A program made the position numbers and the translations under genes. Below, one piece after another: positions 49,752 through 62,799 of a stretch of DNA of 64,000 nt. The notes below the pieces were generated by a model. It was not told the DNA's origin, ran no database searches, and was given only the letters and a program-made list of their open reading frames with translations. Location of the stretch: assembly GCF_002105155.1 (NCBI RefSeq), contig NW_019029006.1, positions 434,001-498,000 of the forward strand. The letters run 5' to 3'. Position 1 is the first letter of the stretch. Every line of letters starts with the position of its first letter. The DNA is from Lobosporangium transversale (lineage: Eukaryota).

Positions 49752-51856
49752 CTTGCATGTGTCGCGTATCTCGCGTAAAGATCAAATGCACACTCCTTTC
49801 CTGATCGAGTTCTCATACATTATTTCCGCAGTCACATGACGCACAGACTAGAAGAGCTCAGCTCTGCCACTGGGCCTCGCATATCATACCTTTCAACATA
49901 AACCGTTTTTCTTCCCGCTATTCCAGCGCAACTTTACTACTTTTGCTACACTTGCTTGCGACCTATACTTTGTAAGCCTGTTGCAACTGATACATATTTT
50001 GTCAGATGCCTATTAGCAACAGACGAACATTTGCGCAAAAGCGATAATAAATGATACCTATATTGGCACTCTAGGCTCAAGATTACAGCTTATGCGGCAG
50101 TTCTAATATAGCACGTATAAAAAGTAAAAAGACCGAACAATGTGTGGTACTGTGGTTCACATTCAAATCCCATTTATCTTTTTCATACTTCGGTTATTAC
50201 TCTTCATTTGTTATTAGTAACTTGGTATTTACCGTACCATGAGAGCTGCACTGGCGGGGCTAATATTGCATTTGACATTGAATCTGTCGTGAACCTTCTC
50301 TACTAGAGACATGTGCTTGCCAAGTATTCCCTACTTCTCATGATCAAGACTCTACCAACTGCGGCCCCCTTTCCTCCAGTCGATAGGCAAGGCTAGAGGT
50401 TATTCTTGTGTGAAATGCAGCCGTACAGTCCCCTCAAGTAACTGGAATGGAATTCACTTTGAATTGCATCCTTAATATCGCTACCTGTCTTTTTTTCATC
50501 CATAATGCAGTCATCGATCGCTGTTGACTGTGTAATCAATTTGTCTTGAAAATGTGAACTGACTGATAAGTACTGCCATACCATCTAGCTTTCCTTACTG
50601 CAATCTTAATCATCCTGACCATTCTGAATCGAAACAGTAAGAGAAGACAACAATGTCATTCTCAGAATCATTTTGTTTAAGGTTACAGCTCCACTACGAT
50701 AAATGAACTAAATATAATTTATACATGGAATAATAAATACACTTACTCCGCTTTGTCGTCTTGTGGCCTAACCAAAACAAACAAACAAAACAAACTTTGC
50801 TGTGGCAAGAGAGCACAGACCAATTCAAGATTTGCAAAAAAAAAAAAAAAAAAAAAAAAAAAGACAGAAAGGAAAGCAGACAAGGCTATAGTGGCATTGA
50901 TGCTAGCCAGGTATTCGACAATATCAAGAAATACTATCTATACATTCATTCAATAGCACTGGAGGAATAGAGTACTGCATTTTTTGAAAAAGGCAGCCTC
51001 AAATTGTACGAAAAAAAAAACCCTCCACACTGATCCTATCATGTCAAAAGTCAATGATAAGAGAGAATAAAACAAGCCAGCAGTCTCTGGTAAATATAAA
51101 AGGGCTCTCTTTCTTCATTAGGGATTCCCTTGCTTGTGGATTGCGAATTGTGAATCCTCTTGTGTATTCGTGTTTATGATAAGCTTGATGATGGCCCTTT
51201 GTTGCGAAGACCAAGGAACTATCAGAAAAAGAGGCTCGCTTCTTGACAGATAGCCAGTAAGTTAATAGTAGGTGTAGCTGGTGCTCGCCTATTATTGCAT
51301 CTAAAGAATGGAAGATCTACCAAAGCTCTTTGATAGAGAGCATGTACATCAGGTGACATGGATTTCTGGTGATCTGTTGGAACGCGTCGCGTTTCTGTTT
51401 CAAATGTGCGAACTAGATTTATTTTGTAAAAACCAAGCGGCTATATACATCTGTTTCCTTTTGTTTGACTATCAATTAATATCGGATCATTTTGCGTGGA
51501 CATGAAATTAGCTTTTCTTTCATTTTCTTTCTCTCTTAATAAACGATATCGCTTCATGTAAGATCTTGCATAATCAAGGTCTCTTTAGAATTCAAGCTTA
51601 GAAGTCTCGATTCGGCTGCTTTACCTCTGCTCCCAGGCAGTTGTGAAGGAACAAGTGTAGCTGAGGCGGTATAGTTCAATAGTTATTACCAGTGCACCAA
51701 AAAAAAAAAAAAAAAAAAAAAAAAAGGTGCACAGTTGTCTTTTCAATTGCAATGTGTTGTCGTCATCTTTGAAGCTGCTAATTTCAACAGCATACTTTGA
51801 CGGGAAAGCCTTCTTTTTTCCACAAAAACAATCTGGGGTAATTTTGCTTGCACAAG

Positions 51857-53251
51857 ATGGTCGCAAAAAAAAATGCATTTATCTTTATGACATGTGTAGC
51901 CACGTTGTCGATGCCTTTTCTATACCTTGTCAACCTACAATTCTCCAGAACAAAGAATTCACCATCAAATTGTCCTATTCCATTGGATTCAACAGATGTC
52001 TGTATACATTCCAAAACAAATTGGTCACATTTGAAAACGATTTGCAATACCATCCATTCTGCTACGACGAACAACGCCTGTAAGAATTATAACTATAGCG
52101 TGATCGTGGTCCCTCGAGAATTTATGGAGGATGTTAGTGAACACGTTAAACAAATAATGATTGTACAGGGGTACAATCTTGGGCCAGAACTAGACAAATT
52201 TGTTCAGAGACGATCTCATTGGATGATAAATCCATTTGGTGGAGATGGATTCGAAATATTGATGACGGTCAGGGAGGACGGGACTCGAATGAAATTACAA
52301 GCTCATTTGGATCGATTACAACATCGCTGCGTCAATTTTTTTGAAGGTGTAATCAATCCTTTTGGTTATGGATCCAATTGGCATACAGCAGGACTGGGTC
52401 TAGCGTGGAGTCTGTATTACAACATGACCTTGTTCATTCAACCAGATAAGGAAAATAACCATCAAACCAAATTACCATTCCAGGGCTTTATCCCTGTTAC
52501 CTCTTGCTCCTATTCAGACTTGGAAACAGCCTTCAGCATTCATCCGCCTGAAACCAATTTTACGAAATGGAAGCATTCGACTATCAACTTTTATTCTCAA
52601 CAATTAGATGTCCAGTCCTTGATGAAGGACCAAGAGATTATTCTCCCAGAATATAAATCTCAAGGCCTGTTCTGGTGGAGATCTATGCTGACTTTTTATG
52701 TAATCCGACCGAATTACCAGACCAGGGAGTGGCTCCGTCAGCATGGTAATACAGCAGCCCAAACAGCAATAACAACCATGCTGAGGTCTCGGGAATGTAT
52801 CTCGATCCATGTACGACACTCAGATAAAGGAAACGAGGTAGATCTGCTACCTTTAAAGGCTTACATGACCAAGGCAAATGAGATTCGAAATATGACCGGA
52901 ATCTTGAACATCTATCTGATGACGGATGATCAACTTGTTGTCAATGAAGCGAGACAAGAGTATGGACGCAATAGCACCGAAAGGGAAGGTGGCTTTGAGA
53001 TTCATGTCCAAGAGATGATGCGATCAAATGCTGGATGGAAAGACGATATCAAGAAAGGACGAGTGAGCCCACAAGAATCACTAAAGCAGTTTTTGATCGA
53101 TTTGTTTTCAGCAGTACAATGTCGCTATAGCATCGTAACATATTCAAGTAATGTAGGCAGATTGGTTGGAGAAATCAAGTACGCGATGAATAATCAGGAT
53201 CCGAAGACCACAGTGTTCTCTCTCGACTACGAATGGACTATGTATCCATAG
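51857..53251 (+). CDS. GT23-family (FUT8/NodZ-like) alpha-1,6-fucosyltransferase, intronless, type II membrane topology
   Basis: Motif I ISIHVRHSDK, motif II IYLMTDD, motif III DLFSAVQCRYSIVTYSSNVGRLVGEI, and GYGSNWH. N-terminal TM helix after MVAKK. Confidence 0.85.
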   Translation: MVAKKNAFIFMTCVATLSMPFLYLVNLQFSRTKNSPSNCPIPLDSTDVCIHSKTNWSHLKTICNTIHSATTNNACKNYNYSVIVVPREFMEDVSEHVKQIMIVQGYNLGPELDKFVQRRSHWMINPFGGDGFEILMTVREDGTRMKLQAHLDRLQHRCVNFFEGVINPFGYGSNWHTAGLGLAWSLYYNMTLFIQPDKENNHQTKLPFQGFIPVTSCSYSDLETAFSIHPPETNFTKWKHSTINFYSQQLDVQSLMKDQEIILPEYKSQGLFWWRSMLTFYVIRPNYQTREWLRQHGNTAAQTAITTMLRSRECISIHVRHSDKGNEVDLLPLKAYMTKANEIRNMTGILNIYLMTDDQLVVNEARQEYGRNSTEREGGFEIHVQEMMRSNAGWKDDIKKGRVSPQESLKQFLIDLFSAVQCRYSIVTYSSNVGRLVGEIKYAMNNQDPKTTVFSLDYEWTMYP

Positions 53252-53510
53252 CGATGATGATAAGGCCTCATTTATATTGATCTATTTGCCTACTCGAATA
53301 TCACATATAATTGAAGTTGGTTTTGTGTAGCATATGCATACCAAAGTATTCTATCTTTTCACAAGCACTATATCAGGCTTATAACACATTATTTGTTGCT
53401 TGGACTTTTTTTTTGTCTACCTCATCATTTTTCTTTCTTTTTACACAGTTTACATTTGAGCCTTTGTCTTCATATTCGAAGTCCTAATCTGACCAAACTT
53501 AGATTCTTCA

Positions 53511-54018
53511 TCATGCTCCCCGTGAAAGTCGCTTTGTTTCATCTGGGGTCAACTTTAACACTTGGGCGAGCACAGGAACCATTTGTTGCTATTTGAAACC
53601 AAAAAAAATACATCAGTTCTGTAATACTTCCACACAAATAAATAAAACTTTGATATTGCTCAAAGCCAAAAAAAAAAAAAAAAAAAAAAACTTACGCGAT
53701 GATCCTTGTATTCTATAAATCTCAGTAGCACGTTCTTCAAGTACTCGACATTGGTATCATCCTCTTGTTGTTGCTGCCGTTCTTGCAAAAGCCGTCCCAG
53801 TTGTGGTGTACTGGGAGGAGTCGAATGTGGAGACATGGCTCGGTTAGGCCCCGATGTCTGTGGGACACCAGCAGCAGCACTATTATTACCTCCAGGTCCC
53901 TGTGTAGGCAATGGCGTTGTTGATACCCCGGGTGTCTGTTTCTGCAATTTACGGACTTCTTCCTTCAGAATCTATTTCGAGAAAAAGATTTCAAGTTAAT
54001 AATCGGCGAAGGAGCGGC

Positions 54019-54051
<33 letters not shown>

Positions 54052-57000
54052 TGCCTTTCCTGCATCTTTTACCTTGTTCTTAGTGTGCAAGTGTCCTTCA
54101 CGCATCTTGGACTCCTCTACAAACTTTTCATGCGTACTCTTCTCTTGTGCAAGGATTCCCTCCAAGTCCTTGAAGTGTTGCTACATTATACATTAAAAAA
54201 AAAGAGAGAACATTTAGTCTATGACAATAATATTAAGATATTTCAATGATTAAGAAAAATATAAATACTTACCAGCTCTAGTTCAAGATTCCGCTTGTGT
54301 TCCTTCAATTCTTGGATCTCATTCTCCAACGCAGACACTTTATCGTCTTGCTGTTGCTGCGTTGAGGTCAATTGCTTTAGTTCCTCTCCCCTGTTGCTTA
54401 CTTGAGCCTTCAAGTCTGCAATCTCAAACTCCTTCTCCTGTAACGACTTCTTCAGCTTCTCAATCTCTGCGCTCAAGGTCTCTTTAGTCTCATCCACTTC
54501 TTGTTGCAGATTCTCTAATACAGCGCTCCGTCTGTTCATCGCCGTCTGCAACTGATCCAACTTGGCTGCTAGATCTGTGGTCTTTCTCTTCAAATCCTCG
54601 CATTCTGCCACTTTAATCTCCGCTAACCGCTTCGCATGCGATGTCTCCTCCTCTAACATTGTCACCCGATCACGAGCCTCTTCCAATTGATGCCGATACT
54701 CCGTCATCTCATGCCCCACGTTTTCAAGCGATGTCTGTGATGACTCAAACTCAGCCTGTTTCATTTGAAGTTGATCAAAGTACTGATCCTTCTCTTGAAT
54801 CAACTTTTCTTTATCCTGCGCAATCTTGGCATGAACCGCCTGTAGCCGTGCTAGGTCGCTAGCTGCAGTTGACTGTTGTGCCGTGACCTTGGCAAGCTGT
54901 GTCTTTGCCTCCTGTGCTGCTTTGGCCATCGCTACCTTTGTTGCTTCTAACTCATCCGCCACTTCCTGTTTCTCCTTCTCTAACCTGAGAATCTGCTTGC
55001 GGGTCGTCTTGAGGAGCGCCATAGATTTTTGCAACTTGTCTTCATCTTCAGCTTTTGTTTTCCGAGCCTCCTCTAATTCTTCGTCGCGTTGATGGATGGT
55101 TGATTTGGCCAGAGCAAGAGCCTCCTTTGTATCGCGGTCCTTCATCGTTAGCGAACTGACTTTAACCTGTAACTCATTCATTTTTTCTTGTGATTCCGCC
55201 TTGGCTGCAGACAACCGAGCTGCGTTTTCCTCCGCTGCTATAAGCAACTTGGCTGTCTCCTCCTTTTGGGCATCAGCATCCTTGAGTCGTGTTTCCAATT
55301 CGGCTTTCTGCTGTTCAAGCGATTCCTTTTCGGTCTTCAGACTCTGAATTTGCTCTTGCAATTGCTTGATCTCTGTAGCATTTAGTGTCTCCATTTCCTT
55401 CATCCTTGTCTCCACTCTGATCAACTCCTCTTTTCTCTCTTCAAGCTCTTTCATCAATGCACTAATCTTCTCTTCAACATCCTTTGAACTCTTGGATACA
55501 CCATCATGCGCAATTTTAAGCTGGGTTTCAATAGATGTTAATTTGACAAGCGCTTCATCTCTCTCTACTACCAGGCTGTCGTGTTTGGCCTTCAGCTCTT
55601 GGTGGATATCGTCCTTCTCCTTGCTAACTTTATCGTGTTCTGCCCGTGCAGTCTCCAAATCCTGTGATAGTGCTTCCTTCTCCTTCGTAAGCATTGAAAT
55701 CTGAATGGTCAGCTCTTCATAATCCTTCTTGGATTCGCTGTATTCCTTCAGCTGATTTGCAAGAGTTGCAGTCTTCTCCTGCATTGAATCAAGGTCCTTG
55801 ATCAGCTTCTCAGCATTGGCAGTCGCAGCCTGTTCAGCCTTGCGAGCAATCTCAAGTTCAAAGGTAACCTTCTCCAGTTCACTCTTCACATGATCTTGTT
55901 CATGAGCTGCCAATTTCGTCTGCTCCTCGACCTTTGCCTCCAAGTCTGCCTTCTCTTTGCGCAGTTGCTCAAGTACTTTTTCTGAAGAGAGCTGCTTATG
56001 TGCCTGCTCGAGTTCCTTCACCAAACTCTGTTCATGCTCTTTGATGATCTGCAACTCCTTCGTTACCTCTGCTTCCTTTGCTTCAAGTTCTTGAACGGTC
56101 TTTTGTAATTCCATAGAAGCTGCTTTATGAGCTTCTGATTCACTAGCGAACTGGGCTTCCAACTTCTCATGCGCCTGTGTAAGGTCCTTGAAAAGCTCTG
56201 AAGTTTTCTCAAGCTCCTGAATACGACCCTGTAGAGTCTTTTGACGGTCAATTTCTTCATCCAGCTTCTTCTGTTGGTCTATCAATTCATTTTCTTTGTT
56301 TGCAATTGTCTTTTCAAGTTCAGAGATCTTCTCTTTCAGGCCCTTGATGGTAGCTTCTAGCTCTGCATTTGTCGCTTGATTTTCATCGCTATTATTACTG
56401 GCCAAGGGTACGTCTTGGGACCGAGACTGAGCCGAAGTCTGTGCCTTCTCAAGATCCTCTTTCAATGAAGCAACTAAGGCCTCCGCCTCCTGTTTTGCAG
56501 CCTTGGTGTGATTCAGCTCTTGGCGGAGCTTCTTTTGAGCGTTTTTCGAGGGAGTTTGACTCAATGATAAAATCTCGGCTTCCAGCTGCACGATTTTATT
56601 TCGCAAATCCTCCTCAATAGCACTAGAACTTGATTCAGAGGCTGACGTTGCTTCCTTATCCTTAGTTGTATCCTCGGCCTTGTCTCCGATCTTGCTAGGT
56701 GTTGATGCAGCAGCGGCAACCTCGGCTGTCTTCTCTCCAAGTTGTTGTTTAACTTTGAAAAGATCTTCTTCTAGAGTTTGGATTTTGGTTGCTCCGTTAC
56801 GCTCTTTCTCCTGGATGATAGCCATCTTAGCCAGGATTTCATCCTTCTCCTGGTTTAATTCATCGACTGCTTTCTGTAAATCATCAACCTCGGTTGATTT
56901 AGCTTTAAATTCTTTCTCTTTCTCTGAATCCTTAGACTTGATTTTTTCCTCCAAAACTGCGACCTTATTGGACGCATTGCACTCCTTTTCCTGGACGACA

Positions 57001-60000
57001 GTCAACTTTGCCAAGATCTCGTCTTTCTCGTCATTCAATTGATCGACCGCTTTTTGAAGGTCATCCGCCTCAACCACCTTGCCTTGTAACTCTTTTTCCA
57101 TCTCCTCAAGCCTTGCTTTGAGTTCATCCAATGCCTGGAGAGCTTTGGCTCCGCTCCGCTCCTGTTCCTGTGCTAGAGCAAGCTTGGCCAAAATCTCGTC
57201 CTTCTCATCTGTTAATTGGTCCACTTCCTTTTGGAGATCATCAACTTCCTCAATTTTGGCTTGTAACTGCTGCTCCTTCTCATCCTCTTTAAGCTTATAG
57301 TCATGTAAAGCCTTGGCCTTTGCTTCTTCCAAGCTCTTAATCAACTGTTGCTTATCTGAGAGAGATTTGACAAGGACCTCTTTCTCAGCCACGAGTGATT
57401 CAATCTGGCTTCGATTATCATTCGCTTCCTTCTCTTTCTCTGCAGCCCTGGCAGTGATAGCCGCTAGCTCATCTGAAAGATCTGGACGCTCCTTCATTTG
57501 TCTCTCGAGTTCGGCATACTCCTTTTTCAATGTTGAGATTGTCTCTTCTTGCTTTTGAATCTTGTCTTGCAGTAATTTCAATTGTCCTTTCAATTCTTCT
57601 GTTGCTTCTCCAGTCTGAGAAGCTTGGCTGATTTCCTGCTCAACTTTCTGCTCCAGATTTTGCTTCTCTTTACGCAACTGCTCCACCTCCTTTTCAAGAG
57701 CCTCAAGCAAGCTTCGGTTCTCAGCTTGGACCTGGTCAGCATTATTCTTAGCCTCCTGCTTTAGTTTCGTTTCCAAGTCTTCCTGCTCCCTTTTGGCCTT
57801 TTGAAGCTGTTCTTCAAAAGATTTTTGAGCATTCTCTCTCTCTTTTTGCGCCTGATTAAGCTCTTTCTGTGCCTCTGCCAACTGCTGTCTAGTTTCCTTT
57901 AATGTTATATCGAGTTTTTGCAGTTCTTTGATCTGGACTTTTGCGATTTTTAGTTCCTTCTCGGCTTCTGCAGCGGAATCTTTGATTGATTTCTGAGCAG
58001 TACGGGTCTCTGCGAGTAATGTCTCTACTTTACTCTTCGCATCTAAAGCTTCTGACTCCCTCTTTATTGCCAGATTCTTTGCCGCCAGTGCATCTGCTTC
58101 GCGTTTGACTGCAGCTTCAACCTCAGCTTGGGCTTTTGCAAGTGACTCCTTCGCTAACTTGGCTTCCTGAGATGCTGCCTCCAAGTCCTTTCGTAACATT
58201 ATTATAGGATCGAGTTCGCCATCATCACCAGCCTTGGATCCAACTAATGTTTCCGCCTTTGTAACTGAATTTCCTTGTCGCTGCTGCTGTTCTTGAGCCT
58301 GGCTTTGTTCTTTATTCCCTTGTGACGCACCTTCCTTGCTATCGGTCAACCTATGTTCTTTTCCTTCCATCCCCCCAATCTTTTTTTGCAATTCATCCAT
58401 CTTCTCAACCATCTCTTTCTTAACCTTGACTTCCTTATCTAGATCCAACTGCAATTGAAGCAACTTGGCCTCAGCTTGCTCTTGCTCTTGCTGCGCCTGT
58501 TTTTTCTCCTTGAGGACAACATCGAGACGAGACATCAGATCACGCAATGCTTGGTCCTTCTTTTGCTCCTTGGCCATGGTCTTCTTTTCTTTGGGTGAGC
58601 TAATACCTGATGCAACAGTTGATACAGCAACAGTTTCGGGCACAGAGACGGAAGCAGAAACTGGATCAGAGAGTAGATCTGGAATTAAAGCGGCTGTTGA
58701 TGCTGTGGTTGGCAAAGAGGGAGAGGCGGCCAACTGACTTTCAAGCGCCTTGATTTTTGTCTCTAATTCTGTAATGCGTTCCTGCTGCTTTTCAATAGTG
58801 GCTTTTGAAACTTCATTTGTATCCGCTGCATTGTTATCAGTCGCTGGTATCTTGCTTTTCAATTGCTCAACCTCCTATGAGATTGTATACGTGGTGTTGC
58901 TCGTGTTAGTTAAAAATTGACTTGAATATGCTTGATGCATATAAATCAAAGAGATTTCGATTTCAACTGTTCTGTACCTCTGCCTTTGATGCAAGCTGAT
59001 CCTGTAAATTCTCGATCATATCTGACTGGGAAGCCGACTCAAGCAAATGGACCTCCTTTAGTCTGGCTGCATCTATAAACACGGTTCGAAAAGCGAACAG
59101 TAATAATAAGCGGATCATCAAATTAAAAATAAGATACTCATTTTGATATCCCCCATATTTATTGAAAAAGGGTATCTGACAAATATCGATAAACGTAAAT
59201 AAATAAATATATGCATATAAATATCATCCGTACCCTGTAGTTCATCGTTCAGGCGTCTGATCTCTTGCATAGAAACTTCACTCTTATATGCCATATTACG
59301 AAGATGCGAATCCAACCCCTCGATATCTGAAAGGTCCTCAATAGGTGTAGACGCTTTCAAGACAGCTTCGACAGCCACTTTTTCCTGCACTAGTTTTTTG
59401 AATGCTTGTGCCAAATCTATTAATTAAACACAAAAAAATAAATGCATTGAGCATGTGAGGATCCCATTAGCTTTTAATCCAGCCTCAGTGCCATTTATTT
59501 CCTTTCCCTCTTCAGCATACAATTGAAAATTGATTACTGTCTTTCTTATGGTCTATATAATCACCAATCATAAAAATTATCTTCGTTTATTCATTACCTG
59601 GGAAACGAGCTTCATATCTCTGCAATCGTTCCAATTTCTCAATGATAGTATCAGCCATTTCGGTCCCACCAGGTTCTGCAGCCTTGACGGCTTCAAGTTG
59701 TGCAGGGTCTGGTTTCTCCTGAAGTGGATCTAGAGTCAATTGATTAACTGTAGCCATGAGCTTCTTGTTCATAATGGGTTGTGGTGTTGAAGGTAAAGAT
59801 GGTGACGTGGCAAAATTAATCAGGTCTGTAGATGGACGATTAGACTGAAGTGATCTACGGAACAATGATGTTGCGCTGCTTCCACCTCCAACGCCACTTG
59901 TCCTAGGTGACCTTGATCCTGGGGATGATGATGGGTCCTGTAACAGATCGTGACTATGGTTGTTATGGTAATGATTATCACTAGAAGCTCGTTGTGAAGG

Positions 60001-60096
60001 ATTGTTAGCGCCTGAAGCAGCAGCTTGGACGGCTTTACCGGCTTCAAGTCCTTTTTCCTGAATCGTGTTAAACTTTCCCTTGATGGACGAGAACAT
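53511..60096 (-). CDS. GRIP-domain golgin (Imh1/golgin-97/245-like); exons 60096-59598, 59416-59234, 59072-58978, 58874-54273, 54180-54073, 53971-53696, 53588-53511
   Basis: Very long coiled coil, N-terminal KLERLQRYEARFP|DL, C-terminal GRIP NVEYLKNVLLRFIEYKDHR|QQMVPVLAQVLKLTPDE. All introns GT-AG and in phase. Confidence 0.92.
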
Positions 60097-60764
60097 GGCC
60101 TCTGGCCTCTCAATCTATATCTTTTTTTATTTTAAAAGAAAAAGTAATAAAAAAAAAAAAAAAGGAAAAAAGGAAAAAGAAAAAAAAAAAAAAAAAAAAA
60201 GGAGGGTGCCACCAAGTTAACAGAGATGAAGGAACCATGTTGTTCTCACTGCTTTTCGCGTAATGTTCATACCAAATGTGGATTTTTTTTTACTTCGTGA
60301 TAAAAAGTGATGTTGGGATCTGTAAGCTAAGATGGAAATGAATGAGGACAGTGTGTATGCTTGGCTGAAAGAGAGAAAAGGATGAGAGGATATGCACAGC
60401 CGATGTAGTTTTTCTTCAATGTTCAATGCACGCACGTCAAGATGATTGTGTGGGGAAAGTGGAACTTTGTTGTTTGTCTCAACTGCTCAATTGGCCAAAT
60501 GGTGGCGTGCGTTTAACATCTGTCATGTGCAAATAATAATATTGAACTGAACACAGCATGCAACAAACATATTTATGCATATACACTAATGCTCTTAATA
60601 GTGTACAAGTGTCTTGTAGAGATAGAGTGGCATGGTAAAGTAAGGTAAGGTTAGGTCCAACTTCCAGATGTTGCAACATGGACCAACGCTCCGCTTTATT
60701 TAAATGATACAAATTGAACGCTATAATGTAAATTCAGAAGAACCCAGGAATTACAATAGATCGT

Positions 60765-60985
60765 CAAGGCGGCGGAAGAACCAAAAGCCAAAGAAATAGA
60801 TTCATATGTCAAAGTCAGCATCAGTAAAGCTGCTGAGAGGAGCAACGAACACCATAAAAATATGGATGGCCTTGGAGCAATAGGGCATGCAGGCAACAAT
60901 TGATCTTATAGGCGGCCTCCGCTTATGCTATGGCTGTAGAAGGCGCCCATGCACATGCAGTGGGATTTGGGACTCATATAGACAT
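60765..60985 (+). pseudogene. Inverted, degenerate 3' fragment of the 62140-62799 gene family
   Basis: gaaccaaaagccaaagaaatagattcatatgtc and gggcatgcaggcaacaattgatct...ctgtagaaggcgcccatgcacatgcagtgggattt match the coding strand of the intact gene. In-frame TAG at 60881-60883 replaces CAG; internal deletion. Confidence 0.88.
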
Positions 60986-61134
60986 ATTCTTCCTAAAAAA
61001 TATGTCCCAACTGAAATGACTTATTGATAGGCACACTACTTGAGTTGTTAAGGAGCATATTGCAATTTGACAACCCAAATCATCAGGTTGCGACTCGACA
61101 GCTGCTTAGCAAGGCTTTAAAAGTCTGCAAGGTC

Positions 61135-61495
61135 TTCCGTGGTTCCGTAGGGAAATTTGATCGAATGAATTGAGGTCCTAGTTACATTACTTAATCAGCT
61201 GGATTGAAGCCCTCGCAGGCTCTGTCTAGGTCTCCCATTATGCGGGTATGGAGCAAAGTAAGAAGTCCTCCTCGAGTAACCGATGGATCATGAGTAGTAA
61301 AAACTGATATGCTAAAAAATTGAAGTTGCAGATTAAGGAGCAGAATATAAAACTATGTTGATACTCTTCCTTGGCTAGCGTGAAGTAAAGCAGGGCATCT
61401 TTTCCGGCTGAAGGACTGGATGCCTTTTACTTCATAGTTCGTATCAATATAGTCGAAAACTGCATCGGAGAATGAGCGCAGCGTTTCTGCAGGAA
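61135..61495 (-). pseudogene. Degenerate same-orientation copy of the 5'/central part of the 62140-62799 gene
   Basis: Colinear blocks: tagggaaatttgatcgaatgaattgaggtccta vs tagggaactgtgaccgaacgaatggaggcccta; cgagtaaccgatgg vs cgagtgaccgatgg; catcttttccggct vs catcttttctggct; gagaatgagcgca identical. No intact ORF. Confidence 0.85.
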
Positions 61496-62139
61496 ATAAG
61501 AAAAAGAAATATTAATCGTTATACGAGCATGCTCAGACATTTTTCTTTATACGCCACACAAGTATGATCGATATTATTGATGCATGCGAAGATGGTGGTA
61601 CCCTAAACAGCATGAAACAATCGTGCAGATAGATTTAGCTTCCATTTAAACTTGGATCATAGGTTAAGGGATAGATGGAATCCCTCTACGTCCCATAAAA
61701 AAAGTGTCAGGGCTTTTACACGGCTTCGACTTTCCCTTCTCTAGTGAGACCTCGTTATAACACCATTGGAGCTTCGGTGCTTTACCTTCCCCTGGATCGA
61801 GGAAGGTTGGGTTGGGCTTTCGGACGTTGCAATATAAACCAATGCTACGTTCTACTCAAATGATACAAATCAAACGCTCTTATGTAGCTCCAAAAGGACT
61901 GGAGAACAACAATAAAGCCTGAAAACCTTGCGGAATCTAAAAGAATTCTTTGCTGGGCTCTGATCAGAACCTGATAACCTGATGAAATGGTTTTTGTTAG
62001 GTTGTGTTGATAGATGTAAGTGTGAGCTGTGGGAAGATGTACAGATGCCAGTGCTTTTTGTCCGTCTGAAATTGTTTTTTAATACATGAACAAATAAAAT
62101 GACATATACTCAAGTAGGATGCCTATTAATTAGTCATAT

Positions 62140-62799
62140 CTAGATGAGTCCCAAAATCCCACTGCATGTGCATGGGCGCCTTCTACAGTTATAGCAATAG
62201 CGCGGGCCGTCAATGAGATCAATTGCTGCCTGCATGCCCTGCTGCTCTAAAGCAAGCCTTATCTTCAAGGCGTTCAGCTCCTCCTCTTCACTAGTAACTC
62301 CACCGCGAATAGTCTGAACGTCTTTGTCAATGCGAGTTTGGACATATGACATTAACTCTTTGGCTCTTGGTTCTGCCACCCTAGGGAACTGTGACCGAAC
62401 GAATGGAGGCCCTAACCGCATCACTTGGTTAGCTGAATTGAAGTTCTTGCAGGCTGTGTCTGGGTCACTCATTATCTCGGAACGAAGGTAAGCAAGAAAT
62501 CCCGCCCGAGTGACCGATGGGCCGTGGGCGTTAAAAATCGTCTCGATCTGAAAAGCCAAAAATTGTGGGTCGTAGACAACGGAGCCAAATTGAACATTAA
62601 GCGCAACTTCCTCCTTGGGCAACGTGAGAGAGAATATGACATTCATCTTTTCTGGCTCAAGCAACTGTGTGCCTTTTGGTTCATAGTATGTATCGAGATA
62701 GTTGAAATATGCGTCAGAGAATGAGCGCAATGTTCCTGTAGGGTTATACTGATCATCGAGGAGAGGGTATTGAGGCTGCGGACTGAAGCTGTACGCCAT
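62140..62799 (-). CDS. Uncharacterised intronless protein (DUF7514-like core by recollection) with C-terminal CxxC-RRRP-CxC motif
   Basis: 219-aa ORF from ATG 62799 (MAYSFSPQ). FNYLDTYYEPKGTQLLEPEKM, PSVTRAGFLAYLRSEIMSDPD, RSQFPR, tail CYNCRRRPCTC. Coding status is supported by three local paralogous copies. Confidence 0.8.
   Translation of the reverse strand: MAYSFSPQPQYPLLDDQYNPTGTLRSFSDAYFNYLDTYYEPKGTQLLEPEKMNVIFSLTLPKEEVALNVQFGSVVYDPQFLAFQIETIFNAHGPSVTRAGFLAYLRSEIMSDPDTACKNFNSANQVMRLGPPFVRSQFPRVAEPRAKELMSYVQTRIDKDVQTIRGGVTSEEEELNALKIRLALEQQGMQAAIDLIDGPRYCYNCRRRPCTCSGILGLI

Noticed and set aside
50393..50584. 63-aa minus-strand ORF upstream of the fucosyltransferase
   Set aside because: No motif, no homologous copy in the window, and no terminal repeats suggesting a mobile element.
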